The notes under the pieces were generated by a model that ran no database searches, had not been told where the DNA came from, and saw only the letters and a list, made by a program, of their open reading frames with translations. Of a DNA stretch of 32,000 nt, positions 1 to 9,100 are shown in pieces. The position numbers were made by a program, and so were the translations under genes. Location of the stretch: positions 1,770,001 to 1,802,000 of the forward strand of contig NC_006138.1 of the NCBI RefSeq assembly GCF_000025945.1. Direction: 5' to 3'. The stretch comes from Desulfotalea psychrophila LSv54. Lineage in GTDB: Bacteria; Desulfobacterota; Desulfobulbia; Desulfobulbales; Desulfocapsaceae. Within the stretch, counting starts at the first letter, position 1. Every line of letters begins with the position of its first letter.

Positions 1-1
1 T

Positions 2-622
2 CTCATGTGCGGGGCAATCAAGGGGATCATTCTCGATGCCGATGGCAGCGAGCTTTACGATCTCTATAAGGAGTTTGGTATCACCGCCAAGGTCATCGCC
101 TTTGCCCTGGGTGCCGAGGGCGGCGATGTGGCGGCTAAGTGTCGCCAGGTTGTGCGTCATATCGAAGACAACCTGCTGGGTGAGGTGATGAGCGGTGTGC
201 ACTGTATCTGTGGCGAGATGTTCATGGACGACCTCATCTCTGATCCGAGCGTTGAGAAGTTCTTCCTGAACCACACTAAGGCTCTGCAGCTTGCGGGTAT
301 TGATGAAGATCCACGTAAGGGCTTTGTCTTTGGTGGAATCACCTTCGAGGAGTATCGGGCCAAGGCAACGGATCCAAGCACCGGTAAAGCCCGAAGCTTC
401 ATCGGCGCAGATGATGCCCACTTTTTCCCCGTGGGTACCATGAACACCTTTAAGATCCACGATGCGCCGGCGGAGTATATGGAGACCGTAAACACCTTTG
501 GTCAACCCCTCTATGCTAAGCAGGTGATGTCGGCCGATGGCAAGAAGATAGATATCCTCAGTGAGTCCAATCCACTGCCTATCTGTCGTCGTCCTGGTCT
601 TTTGGTTAAGGGCACCAAGTAA
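2..622 (+). CDS. Major capsid protein, 5'-truncated by the window edge (resembles the family annotated as phage major capsid protein E)
   Basis: The frame is open from nt 2. The C-terminal sequence (ILDADGSELYDLYKEFGI ... FEEYRA ... PAEYMETVNTFGQPLYAK ... ESNPLPICRRPGLLV) matches my recollection of that capsid family. It is the first gene of the head-to-tail operon. Confidence 0.7.
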   Translation, partial: LMCGAIKGIILDADGSELYDLYKEFGITAKVIAFALGAEGGDVAAKCRQVVRHIEDNLLGEVMSGVHCICGEMFMDDLISDPSVEKFFLNHTKALQLAGIDEDPRKGFVFGGITFEEYRAKATDPSTGKARSFIGADDAHFFPVGTMNTFKIHDAPAEYMETVNTFGQPLYAKQVMSADGKKIDILSESNPLPICRRPGLLVKGTK

Positions 623-927
623 TGAGCAAACTTCACGACGATACCCTGGAGGCCTATGCCACTAATCCTGATCTCTTTGGTCGGGAGATAGGCGTTGATG
701 GCAGGCCCTGTTGTGGGGTGAAACGGGAGCTGGATTGGCGTGAGAAACAGGATTGTGGTTTTGAACTTGGTATCGAGGCGATTCGGCTGACCCTGGCCCG
801 GGACTTTTTTGAGGTCGTTCCCGTGCGTCGGCAACAGCTTGAGGTTGATGGTTTTCTCTATGATGTCGATGATGTCAAAATTCGGGGCCATCTGCTCAGA
901 ATTCTCTTATCGAGGTACTCCTCATGA
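622..927 (+). CDS. Phage head-tail module protein, function unknown
   Basis: 101-aa ORF. Its start overlaps the capsid stop (TAATG) and its end overlaps the next start (ATGA). No motif recognised. Confidence 0.6.
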   Translation: MSKLHDDTLEAYATNPDLFGREIGVDGRPCCGVKRELDWREKQDCGFELGIEAIRLTLARDFFEVVPVRRQQLEVDGFLYDVDDVKIRGHLLRILLSRYSS

Positions 928-1526
928 TCAGTCTGGATCTGAATACAGATGTCGCCCAACAGCTGGCAAAGCAGGTGACAGGTACCCAGGGACAGATGAA
1001 GAAGGCCTTTCGGGGTGCCCTGAGTGATACGGGAAGTGCCGGTGTAACTTTTGTGAAAAAACGGGTTAGTGCCTCAACGCGAGTTGCGCAGAAGCGTTTA
1101 GCTGTGCGGATGAAAAAAAAGATTCTCAATTATGATGAGCATCCCGAAGTTGAGCTCTTCTTTGGCGCCAATCCCGTGGCTTTTCATACAATCGGCACCC
1201 TCACCCAGACCAGAAGTGGGGTGACAGCTGGGCGGATGCATCGGAAAGGGGCCTTTACTCCGGCTAATGGTGGTCTTGGTGGTAGGGCCTTTATTCGGGC
1301 TTCTTCAAAGCATTTTAAGCCGGAGTTTTATTCGACAGAAAGTTTTTTTAAGGGATCGGTCGTGAGTAAGTACGGGAGCGTCAAGAGTCGTTTTCCTCTC
1401 CGGTTAGCCACTGTCCAGATTAACGATGAGGTGGGTGCTGCTGTGGAAGAGTTTTCCGGTCATGTTCAGGAAATTTTCGATAAGAAGTTCAAGCAACGTA
1501 TGAACTATGAGGTGAATGTGAAATGA
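924..1526 (+). CDS. Phage head-tail joining / tail completion protein (putative, by position)
   Basis: 200-aa ORF, translationally coupled at both ends, lying between the capsid and tail tube genes. Confidence 0.5.
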   Translation: MISLDLNTDVAQQLAKQVTGTQGQMKKAFRGALSDTGSAGVTFVKKRVSASTRVAQKRLAVRMKKKILNYDEHPEVELFFGANPVAFHTIGTLTQTRSGVTAGRMHRKGAFTPANGGLGGRAFIRASSKHFKPEFYSTESFFKGSVVSKYGSVKSRFPLRLATVQINDEVGAAVEEFSGHVQEIFDKKFKQRMNYEVNVK

Positions 1527-1984
1527 ACCAAAGTTTTGCTACTCAATTTACTGAACGTCTCCAGGAGCTGGTGGCGGATCTCAGGTATTTCCATAAGCCC
1601 ACCGGCAAGTGGATTGCCCCCAGGGTGGTTGAAACCATGTTTCTGGCCCGGGCGCGAGGGCAGAAGGAAGATTGTGAGTATCCCGCCATTCGTTGGGCCA
1701 TCTATAAGGGGGCCTTTGATCGGCATCGACCTCAGCCTTTTTCGGTGATTCTTAATCTTGGTCTTTTGCTTGATACCTCCTGTGAGTCGGTGGTTGAGGG
1801 AACTGCAAACATAATAGAGTTCACCAATGCCGTGGGTAAGCTCTGTGAGAAGCCCATCTTTGCCCCCTATAAATTAAAGACACCAATCCCCTTTCAGATT
1901 GGTGATCCCACGGAAGGGCAGGAGGGTATGCAGCCACATCCATATTATTGGTCGAGCATGCATCTGGATTTTTTAAAGTCTTAA
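1523..1984 (+). CDS. Phage head-tail joining / tail terminator-like protein (putative, by position)
   Basis: 153-aa ORF, ATGA-coupled to the upstream gene and immediately preceding the tail tube candidate. Confidence 0.5.
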   Translation: MNQSFATQFTERLQELVADLRYFHKPTGKWIAPRVVETMFLARARGQKEDCEYPAIRWAIYKGAFDRHRPQPFSVILNLGLLLDTSCESVVEGTANIIEFTNAVGKLCEKPIFAPYKLKTPIPFQIGDPTEGQEGMQPHPYYWSSMHLDFLKS

Positions 1985-1997
1985 TAAGGAGAAGGTC

Positions 1998-2735
1998 ATG
2001 GGAAGAGCAGTATCGATTATCGGCACCACCTATGTGGGCCTATTGGATAAGGATAAAAAACTTGTCGGTGGCTATCGGCGGGTGGGCGAGTGTTATCCCT
2101 TTAAGATTAAGGTCGAGACCGAGCAGAAGAAGATGGAATCTCGCCAGCGAGAAAGTGCCGGGCAAACCCTGCACACTAAGAACCGGGTCAGTGCCATTGG
2201 TGGTTCTATAAATATTCGTGAATGGACAGCAGCCAATCTTGCCTGGGCCTTGTCTGGTACCGAGGTACTTAATACCGCAGTTGCCGGCACGGTGGCCGAT
2301 GAGTCCGTCACCCTGATTGCAGATAACTGGGTGCGTTTAGCCCATCAAAATATTTCGGCAGTGAAGATCGCCGATGCCGCCGAGGGCAGTGACTTTGAGG
2401 TAAACGCGCCTCTGGGGCTTATCCGTTTTATTACTGGTGGGGCCTTGAGTGCCACTGCGGTTTCCGTTGCCTATAGCTATGCAGAAGAATCTGGCTACCG
2501 GGTTGATATTGGCAACAAGTCTCTGGTTCGGGTGGCCATCATGATTGATGGTGAAAACGAATATACAGGTGAAGCCATTTCAGCGGTGTTTGATTCCGTG
2601 GTGCTCTCCTCTTCAGCTGAGATCAGCCTTATCTCTGAGCCTGATAATGAGTACGAAGAGCTGCCCTTTGAACTCTCCTTTGAGACTCTCCCAGGGAAGA
2701 AGTCACCGGGCTATATCAATGGTCTTCCGCTTTAG
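1998..2735 (+). CDS. Major tail (tube) protein, putative
   Basis: 245-aa ORF directly upstream of the chaperone and tape-measure pair. A short hairpin follows it (2768-2783). Confidence 0.6.
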   Translation: MGRAVSIIGTTYVGLLDKDKKLVGGYRRVGECYPFKIKVETEQKKMESRQRESAGQTLHTKNRVSAIGGSINIREWTAANLAWALSGTEVLNTAVAGTVADESVTLIADNWVRLAHQNISAVKIADAAEGSDFEVNAPLGLIRFITGGALSATAVSVAYSYAEESGYRVDIGNKSLVRVAIMIDGENEYTGEAISAVFDSVVLSSSAEISLISEPDNEYEELPFELSFETLPGKKSPGYINGLPL

Positions 2736-2767
2736 GATCGACCTGTAAACGTATCTATAAATTTCAG

Positions 2768-2783
2768 GCGGGTTCGTACCCGC
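2768..2783 (+). promoter_or_regulatory. Short intergenic hairpin after the tail tube gene (GCGGG-ttcgta-CCCGC), a possible attenuator or RNA-stability element
   Basis: 5-bp GC stem with a 6-nt loop in the 64-nt gap between the tail tube and chaperone genes. No U-run follows. Confidence 0.25.
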
Positions 2784-2799
2784 TTGGCTGGAGTGAATA

Positions 2800-3144
2800 A
2801 TGATTCAAACAAAAGCGATTACTTTCAACGGCCGCCAGCTCATCATAAAAGAGCTGACTGTTCCCCAGATCGATGCCTGGGAGAAGACCTTGAGCAACCA
2901 TGAAGAAACCACTGTCCCTTCCCTGGTGGAGATGCTTGTGGATTCTGCCCTGCCTCTCTCTGCCGTGCGCCTGGCCGTCCCTGAATTAACCGATGCCGAT
3001 CTCTTGGCCGACATTGCTCCCTCCCAGTGGTGCGAGCTGTATAGGGAGGTGGAAGAGGTGAACTCTTTTTTGTCCCAGATGGTGGAGAAGATGGCCAAAC
3101 TCGGCGAAGCCCTCGTGCAAAGCGGGAAAATACCAATCTCATAG
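2800..3144 (+). CDS. Tail assembly chaperone (lambda gpG-like role)
   Basis: 114-aa acidic ORF immediately upstream of the tape measure gene. GGAG lies 6 nt before the ATG. It contains a slippery heptamer, and the -1 frame is open to the tape measure start. Confidence 0.7.
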   Translation: MIQTKAITFNGRQLIIKELTVPQIDAWEKTLSNHEETTVPSLVEMLVDSALPLSAVRLAVPELTDADLLADIAPSQWCELYREVEEVNSFLSQMVEKMAKLGEALVQSGKIPIS

Positions 3145-3245
3145 CTGTTGCCTGCGATTTGGTAAAGCTTGGTCATGTACATGCAATGAGTTATGGCATG
3201 GGCCTTTTTAAACGTGTCTTGGAAGAGGAGTCGAGGAAAAGATAA
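2800..3245 (+). CDS. Frameshifted tail chaperone fusion product (gpGT-like), predicted about 148 aa
   Basis: 91 zero-frame codons (2800-3072) plus 57 codons in the -1 frame (3072-3242). The stop TAA at 3243-3245 overlaps the tape measure ATG at 3245. Confidence 0.55.
3066..3072 (+). other. Putative -1 programmed ribosomal frameshift site T_TTT_TTG
   Basis: The zero-frame codons are tcT TTT TTG (S-F-L of EVNSFLSQ), which fits X_XXY_YYZ. My codon-by-codon check found no stop in the -1 frame from 3072 to the TAA at 3243-3245. Confidence 0.6.
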
Positions 3246-5806
3246 TGGCAAGTAAATCACAAAAATTTGTCTACGCCCTGCAGGCAGTGTACGAGGGCAA
3301 GAATGATATGGCCCAACTCAGTGGCGATCTTAAATCCCTGGGGCAGATTGAGTCATTTCAGAAACTGCAGGGAGATTTCACTTCGACCACCACTGCCCTG
3401 GTTGCCGCCAAGGCCCGGATGCGTGATCTTAAATCCGAGATGAAAAAGCCCGGTGGTGAAGCCTTCGCCACCGAATATAAAAATGCTACTGCCTCGGTAT
3501 CAGCCCTCTCAGCTAAACTACAGAAGCAGAAACAAAAGCTTGATGACTCTCGACAGTCTATGCAGACCCAGGGTTTTCAGATGAACGATCTGGCGGGGCA
3601 ATATAGAAAACTTGCCGAGTCCACCGAGCTCCATGGACAGAAGATAGCCGCCATGCGCACCCTTGGTGTTCAGTCCTTTGCCAGCATTGACCGTAAGGTG
3701 CAGGAACTCCATGCCGCCTATAAGATTTTAGAGAAAGATCCTTCCATAGCCGCCCGTGAACTTGCCGCCGCCAAACGAAAGATGAAGGCGGATATTGCCT
3801 CATTAACGGGTGAGACAGGTAAATGGGCCAGTAAGATTGATAAGGTTAAAATGGGTTTTGCAGGGCTCGCAGGTCTTACTGTAGGCGGGTACCTCCTGGG
3901 CAATATGGTGCAGAAGACGGGAGATGCGGCCCGTGAACTGCAGAACCTTGCCCGAGTAGCAGGTACCTCGGTGGAGGAACTCTCTGCCACGGGTTTTGCC
4001 ACCCAGTTCGTTGGCATAAGTGTAGAAAAACTTGCCGATATTTCCAAAGATGCCAAGGATAAGATCGGTGATTTTATCGAGAATGGCGGTGGTGAGTTTA
4101 AAGATTTCTTTGATAATGTTGCCCCTAAGGTTGGCCTCACCGCCCAGGAGCTGATCAAGATGTCCGGACCTGACTGTCTGGTGGCAATCAAAAAGGCCTT
4201 GGATGATGCCAATATCTCGGCCGACAATCAGGTCTTTTATCTTGAAGCCCTGGCTAATGATGCCTCTCTCTTGACCCCCCTCTTGGAAGATAACGGTCGT
4301 GCCATGAAGGAAAAGGCGCAGCGTGCCCGTGAGTTGAACCTTTCTATTTCTGATATGGATAATGCCAAACTTGTCGAGATGGCCGAAAAGACCAAGGAGC
4401 TTACCGATACAGGTGGTGCTCTTACCCGTGAAATTGTTTCGGCCCTGGCTCCAAGTCTTCAATTCTTGATGGGGCAGGTGCAGGATGTTGTTGCTTGGTT
4501 TAATCAGCTGGACCCCGGTATACAGAGAATTATCGTCCTGGGTGCCACAGGTACTGCCATAGTGGCTGGCCTTGGTGCCGCCTTCTTCCCCCTGGTCAGT
4601 TCCATCTCCATGGGTCTGCCCCTTCTCTCCTCTCTGGCCTTAGGGTTTAAAAGTGTTGCAACAGGGGCCAATGTTCTGGCCATTGCCTCAAGGGTACTGG
4701 GCGTTGCTGTGAAGGGCATCCTCCCCGTGGGGATCATCTTCATGATCTATGAAATAGGTAAGGCCATGGGCATCTGGACACCTATTATGAATGCGGTGCA
4801 GAGGGGTGCTATCAGCCTTACCGCTGGCATTCATCTCCTTGGTCTGAATATTCGCAGGCTGTGGAATGTCATTAGCGGTGACGATGCAGAAGTTGTAGCT
4901 CTTGATAAGCGCATCGAAAAGGTTGGGCAGATGTATGACAAGCTTTCTGCAAAGGTTGGTGAGAAGCAGGAAGAGCTGGTTGATAGCGCCAAGGCATCTC
5001 AAAAGAAAGTCACGGCAGAGATCGAAAAGGGAGCCACCGATCAGGTTGCCATTGTCCAGGATGCAGTCAAAAAGATGTCTGATGCCTATGCGGGAGCCGC
5101 CTCCGGAGCTCTGGCACAAAAGCCTGGTGAGAAAGGATCCAAAAAGAGAGGTTCTAAGAAGAAGGGTAAGGAGAAAGAAGAGAAGATCGATGCGTTTGGG
5201 TTCACAGAAACAGAAAATAAAGATAGCAAAAAACAGCTAGCCATTGCCGATGCCATCAAGTCTGGCGACATGACAGGCTATAAGAAAAAGAAAAAAGACG
5301 ATGGCACCTGGGCGTGGGAGGCAGATGAGAAGGCAAAACCCAAAAAAGATACCTCGCCCAAAAAGGTCTACGGCAAGAACGGCAAGTGGGACTACCACTA
5401 TGGCGATGATACGGGCCTGAAAAAACGTAAGGGTGGCGGTTACGAGAGAGAGGAGAAGGCGAAGAAAGAGTCAAAGAAAAAGGCTGCTCGCTCAAAATCG
5501 GCCCTTAGCGCCATGGCCATTGATAGTCTTAGAAATCACTCTGCAGGTCTTAAACGTTATAGCTATCTACGGGAAAGGGTTGGTATCAAACTTCCCGCTG
5601 GCGATAGTGCAGCCATGGTCTCTGCCAAAATAGATAAATTAGCCGCCATGGCCAAGAGACCGGGCAGTCGTCTTGCTACTGCTGCAGGAGGAGAGGAGGC
5701 CAAGAAAATTGTTGAACTGAAACTGGGCAAGGCCAAGGTGCAGGGTAGTCAATCCGATGTCGATAGCTTTATTGAAGAGCTGAAAAGGGCGGGGACTTTG
5801 GCATGA
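3245..5806 (+). CDS. Tail tape measure protein
   Basis: 853 aa, positioned after the chaperone pair. It has a long Ala/Lys/Gln-rich helical N-terminal part, central Gly/Ala/Leu-rich hydrophobic segments (DNA about 4528-4765) and a Lys-rich C-terminal region. Confidence 0.85.
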   Translation: MASKSQKFVYALQAVYEGKNDMAQLSGDLKSLGQIESFQKLQGDFTSTTTALVAAKARMRDLKSEMKKPGGEAFATEYKNATASVSALSAKLQKQKQKLDDSRQSMQTQGFQMNDLAGQYRKLAESTELHGQKIAAMRTLGVQSFASIDRKVQELHAAYKILEKDPSIAARELAAAKRKMKADIASLTGETGKWASKIDKVKMGFAGLAGLTVGGYLLGNMVQKTGDAARELQNLARVAGTSVEELSATGFATQFVGISVEKLADISKDAKDKIGDFIENGGGEFKDFFDNVAPKVGLTAQELIKMSGPDCLVAIKKALDDANISADNQVFYLEALANDASLLTPLLEDNGRAMKEKAQRARELNLSISDMDNAKLVEMAEKTKELTDTGGALTREIVSALAPSLQFLMGQVQDVVAWFNQLDPGIQRIIVLGATGTAIVAGLGAAFFPLVSSISMGLPLLSSLALGFKSVATGANVLAIASRVLGVAVKGILPVGIIFMIYEIGKAMGIWTPIMNAVQRGAISLTAGIHLLGLNIRRLWNVISGDDAEVVALDKRIEKVGQMYDKLSAKVGEKQEELVDSAKASQKKVTAEIEKGATDQVAIVQDAVKKMSDAYAGAASGALAQKPGEKGSKKRGSKKKGKEKEEKIDAFGFTETENKDSKKQLAIADAIKSGDMTGYKKKKKDDGTWAWEADEKAKPKKDTSPKKVYGKNGKWDYHYGDDTGLKKRKGGGYEREEKAKKESKKKAARSKSALSAMAIDSLRNHSAGLKRYSYLRERVGIKLPAGDSAAMVSAKIDKLAAMAKRPGSRLATAAGGEEAKKIVELKLGKAKVQGSQSDVDSFIEELKRAGTLA

Positions 5807-6183
5807 TAAGCCTTAACAGTGTGGTGCTTCCTCCGGATCTCTTCTGGTCCGATGAATTCGGCTGGACTCCCGTTGCCAGCGCCCTGGAGTATGGCACCAC
5901 GGGTTCGGCCTTTGTTGATGTCAGTAAAAAGAAGAGTGGTCGTCCCATTACCCTCTCTGCCGAATCTGATACCTGCTGGCTTACCCGTGCCGATGTTCTG
6001 GCCCTTAAAGCCTTGGCCGATCTACCGGGTAAAGAGATGACACTGACCCTCTACGAGAGAATATTTACGGTGATTTTTGCCCCTGGTGAAAAGCCCTTTG
6101 ATGCCGAACCCGTTTGGCAAGAGATGCCCGTGGTCGATGATGATAAGTGGGTTGTTACTGCCCTGAGATTAATTGAGATTTAG
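5803..6183 (+). CDS. Minor/distal tail protein (putative)
   Basis: 126-aa ORF, ATGA-coupled to the tape measure stop. Confidence 0.55.
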   Translation: MISLNSVVLPPDLFWSDEFGWTPVASALEYGTTGSAFVDVSKKKSGRPITLSAESDTCWLTRADVLALKALADLPGKEMTLTLYERIFTVIFAPGEKPFDAEPVWQEMPVVDDDKWVVTALRLIEI

Positions 6184-6192
6184 GATATAAAA

Positions 6193-9100
6193 ATGGCAAT
6201 CCAACTAGAAAATATAAAGCTGATGGCAAGTCAGCGTCTCACCGATCACGACGATGGCGGTGGTCATATGAGTGGTGCCGAGATCGTTGACGGTAATGTC
6301 AATAACCTCTACCCCGATATCTCTCGCATGGATCGTGTCTATGGTCGGGTCAGTCTGCGTAAGAGTTTTGCCTTTATCGATACCAACGATACCTCCGTTT
6401 ATTCCGGAGCCCATGCGGTGGTCTCCGTGCCGGCGGAAGATCCCAACGTTTCGGTCTGCCTCTTTGAAACGGGCAACCCCACCGATCAACGGGCAGCGGC
6501 TCGTGATTTCATCGAGAGTTATGTCACCCTCGGCCCTCGTATGTCAGCATGGCTCTGGGGCGATCAGCCTGCAGGCTCCCGAACCATAGTGCTTTTTGCC
6601 TCGGTGAAAGCGGATCTGCCTGATGTGGGTTCGGTTCTCTCTCTCTTTAATAACAAGGATAAGAGCGATGAGCAGCAGCAGTATATGCGCATCACCAATG
6701 TTAAGGCTGAGATTCGTTCTTTCACTATTATGGTAGGGGACAAGGAAGTCACCTTCGAGCGTAAAATTATTACCCTGGGCATAGGCAATCCCCTGGCCCA
6801 TACCTTTATCGGTGTAGAGATCCATAATAACGATGCTGAGTCTACCAACGTCTATACCACCATGGTCTCTGATGCCGCCAAGTATTATGGGGTGATGCTT
6901 CCTAAGGCGCCCTTTGCCAAGGGGGATATCAGCCTGCCCGTCAAATCCATATTCACCCATCTGGTTCCATCCGCCCAGGGGGAGAGTCCCATGGTGGATC
7001 TCAGCCCCGGTGAGGCAGGTCCTGTTTTCGGTTCCGGCACGGGCTTTAGTCTCTCTCTGCCATCACAGCATTTTGCTAGCGGGGTACAGATCAACGTGGG
7101 TAGGGCCATCAAACCCGGCACCCTTACCATCAGCCGTCCCTCTGCCGTCCCTGCTCTTCTTGAAGATAATGGCGATGGCATCATCATGGCCGGATCTCAG
7201 CAGTGGGGCACCATCGACTATGGCCTGGGCACCGTCACCTTTGCCGGAGTAAGCAACCACAGGGCTAGCGCCACCTTGGCGTGTGTCATTGGTGTTGCCG
7301 TGCCCATGCTTCCCAACTCGGCCATGGTTAAGGTAGAGCTGGCCAGCCGTGGTTATAACTGGACCATGATTTTAGAGCCACCCCCTCTGCCCGGTACTCT
7401 GAAGGTGGATTATAGAGCCCAGGGCAAGTGGTTTCGTCTCACCGATAAGGGTAAGGGCGAGTTGGTACCGGAAACAGCGGGGGCTGGCACCGGGCAGATC
7501 AACTATACGACGGGTTCCGTCAGCCTTACCTGTGGAGCTCTGCCCGATGTGGGCTCTGCCATCCTCTATCTCTGGGGCAATCCCATTGAGTGTATCGATA
7601 TTGCTGGCAGTACCACGGTGGAGATCCCAGAGCTTAAACACACCCTGAAGAAAAAACCAGTGAAGCCCGGAAGTCTTAATCTTGATTGGAACACCGGCAT
7701 TGATCCCACTGACGGTGCCACCCTTATTGCCAAGATTACCGATGATGGTAATGGCAATCTGGTGGGCGATGGCGCTGGTTGGATCAGGTATTCCACCGGA
7801 GAGCTGGGGTGGCGGGCTACTAAGCTACCTGCAGACGGTGAGAATTATGAGATCACCTATAAGCAATATCCTATCCGTGAAGGCTCTGTCTCTCCCACTG
7901 GCAGTGGTCTTGTCAGTCTTACCCTGCCCGATGGTGATATTGAGCCAGGTTCCGTAGCCTTCGCTGTGCCGGTTACCCTGGGCAGTTTTATCCATGTTTA
8001 CCGGGTGGTCGATGATGGCAATGGTCATCTGTCGGCCCCTGGCTTTAGTAAAAAACAGTCGGTGAGCCATGCCACTTGGCCGGGTTCCTGTTCCATCGGT
8101 GGCTTTAGTGGCACTATCAACTATTTGACCGGAGCTGTGACCCTTGATCTCACCACCATCTCTGGTAGCGAAACATGGAAGGAGCCCTGGTATAAAAAAT
8201 GGACCTATACCAACTCCTATTTTGATCTTCAGTATTTACTTCGTTACAAAGATCCACAGACGGTTCCGGTCTCCTGGACGGGATCTTCCTCTTTGGTGAC
8301 CTATAGCTATCGTCTTACCGCCGCCTCCAGTAGTGCCGGCACCGAGACCCTACCCGTGCCCAATTATATTATCCAGTTGCTCCCTGCAGCAGGCTATGCC
8401 ATTCAGCCCGGCTCCGTTGCCTTTCGCTGGCAGGGTGCCCTCTATATTGATCGTAAGGGTAAGCTCTATCGAAACCCCTCCACGGTCACGGGGGTTGGAG
8501 CTTTGGCAGGCACCATCGACTATAGCACGGGGAGCTGTGCCTGTACCGTCTCCGGTAATGGTTCACCCGAGGTTGTGATAGAGTCCCTGGTTGCCTGCAT
8601 CGGTAAGCAGCAGAGCCTCTCCATAAGCTTTCGCACCCCCGGTGCGCCTCTGCGTCCCGGTTCTATCAACCTTGTCGGTAGTGCTGTCGATGGTAGCCCC
8701 ATCTCTCTGATCGCTGATTTTGACGGCAGGATAGGTGGTGCCGGCGGAGAGGGTTTGGTCAACTACGAGCAGGGTATTGTCACCATTAATTTTGGCGAGC
8801 AGGTGGCAGATTCTCCAGCCTTTGCCGGGCAGGCCTGGTACGATCCCGCCGATGTTAAAGAGGGTAAGGTCTTTAAGCCCATGGGTGCTATGGCCGAGAC
8901 CATCAACTACGGCTGTGTGGTCTACTCCTATATCCCCCTCGATGCCGAGTTGATTGGTCTTGATCCTGTCCGGCTACCCACCGATGGTCGGGTACCCATC
9001 GTGCGTCGTGGTGATGTGGTGGTTGTTCATAATGCTGCCACTGAAACCCTCACCACATCTATTGCTGCAGGGAGCAGTGTGACTCTGGCCAGAGAGCCGG

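Noticed and set aside
3124-3130. GGGAAAA near the chaperone stop, considered as the frameshift site because it resembles the lambda G GGA AAG
   Set aside because: The register is wrong: the zero-frame codons are GGG AAA A, not X_XXY_YYZ. The upstream T_TTT_TTG at 3066-3072 is in the correct register and is preferred.
3803-4462. A 219-aa minus-strand ORF (plus 3718-4227 and several others) inside the tape measure gene
   Set aside because: It lies entirely antisense to a well-supported long CDS, has no plausible start context and has low-complexity composition. These are typical shadow ORFs of a GC-biased coding region. The same applies to the antisense ORFs within 6193-9804 and 11098-12990.
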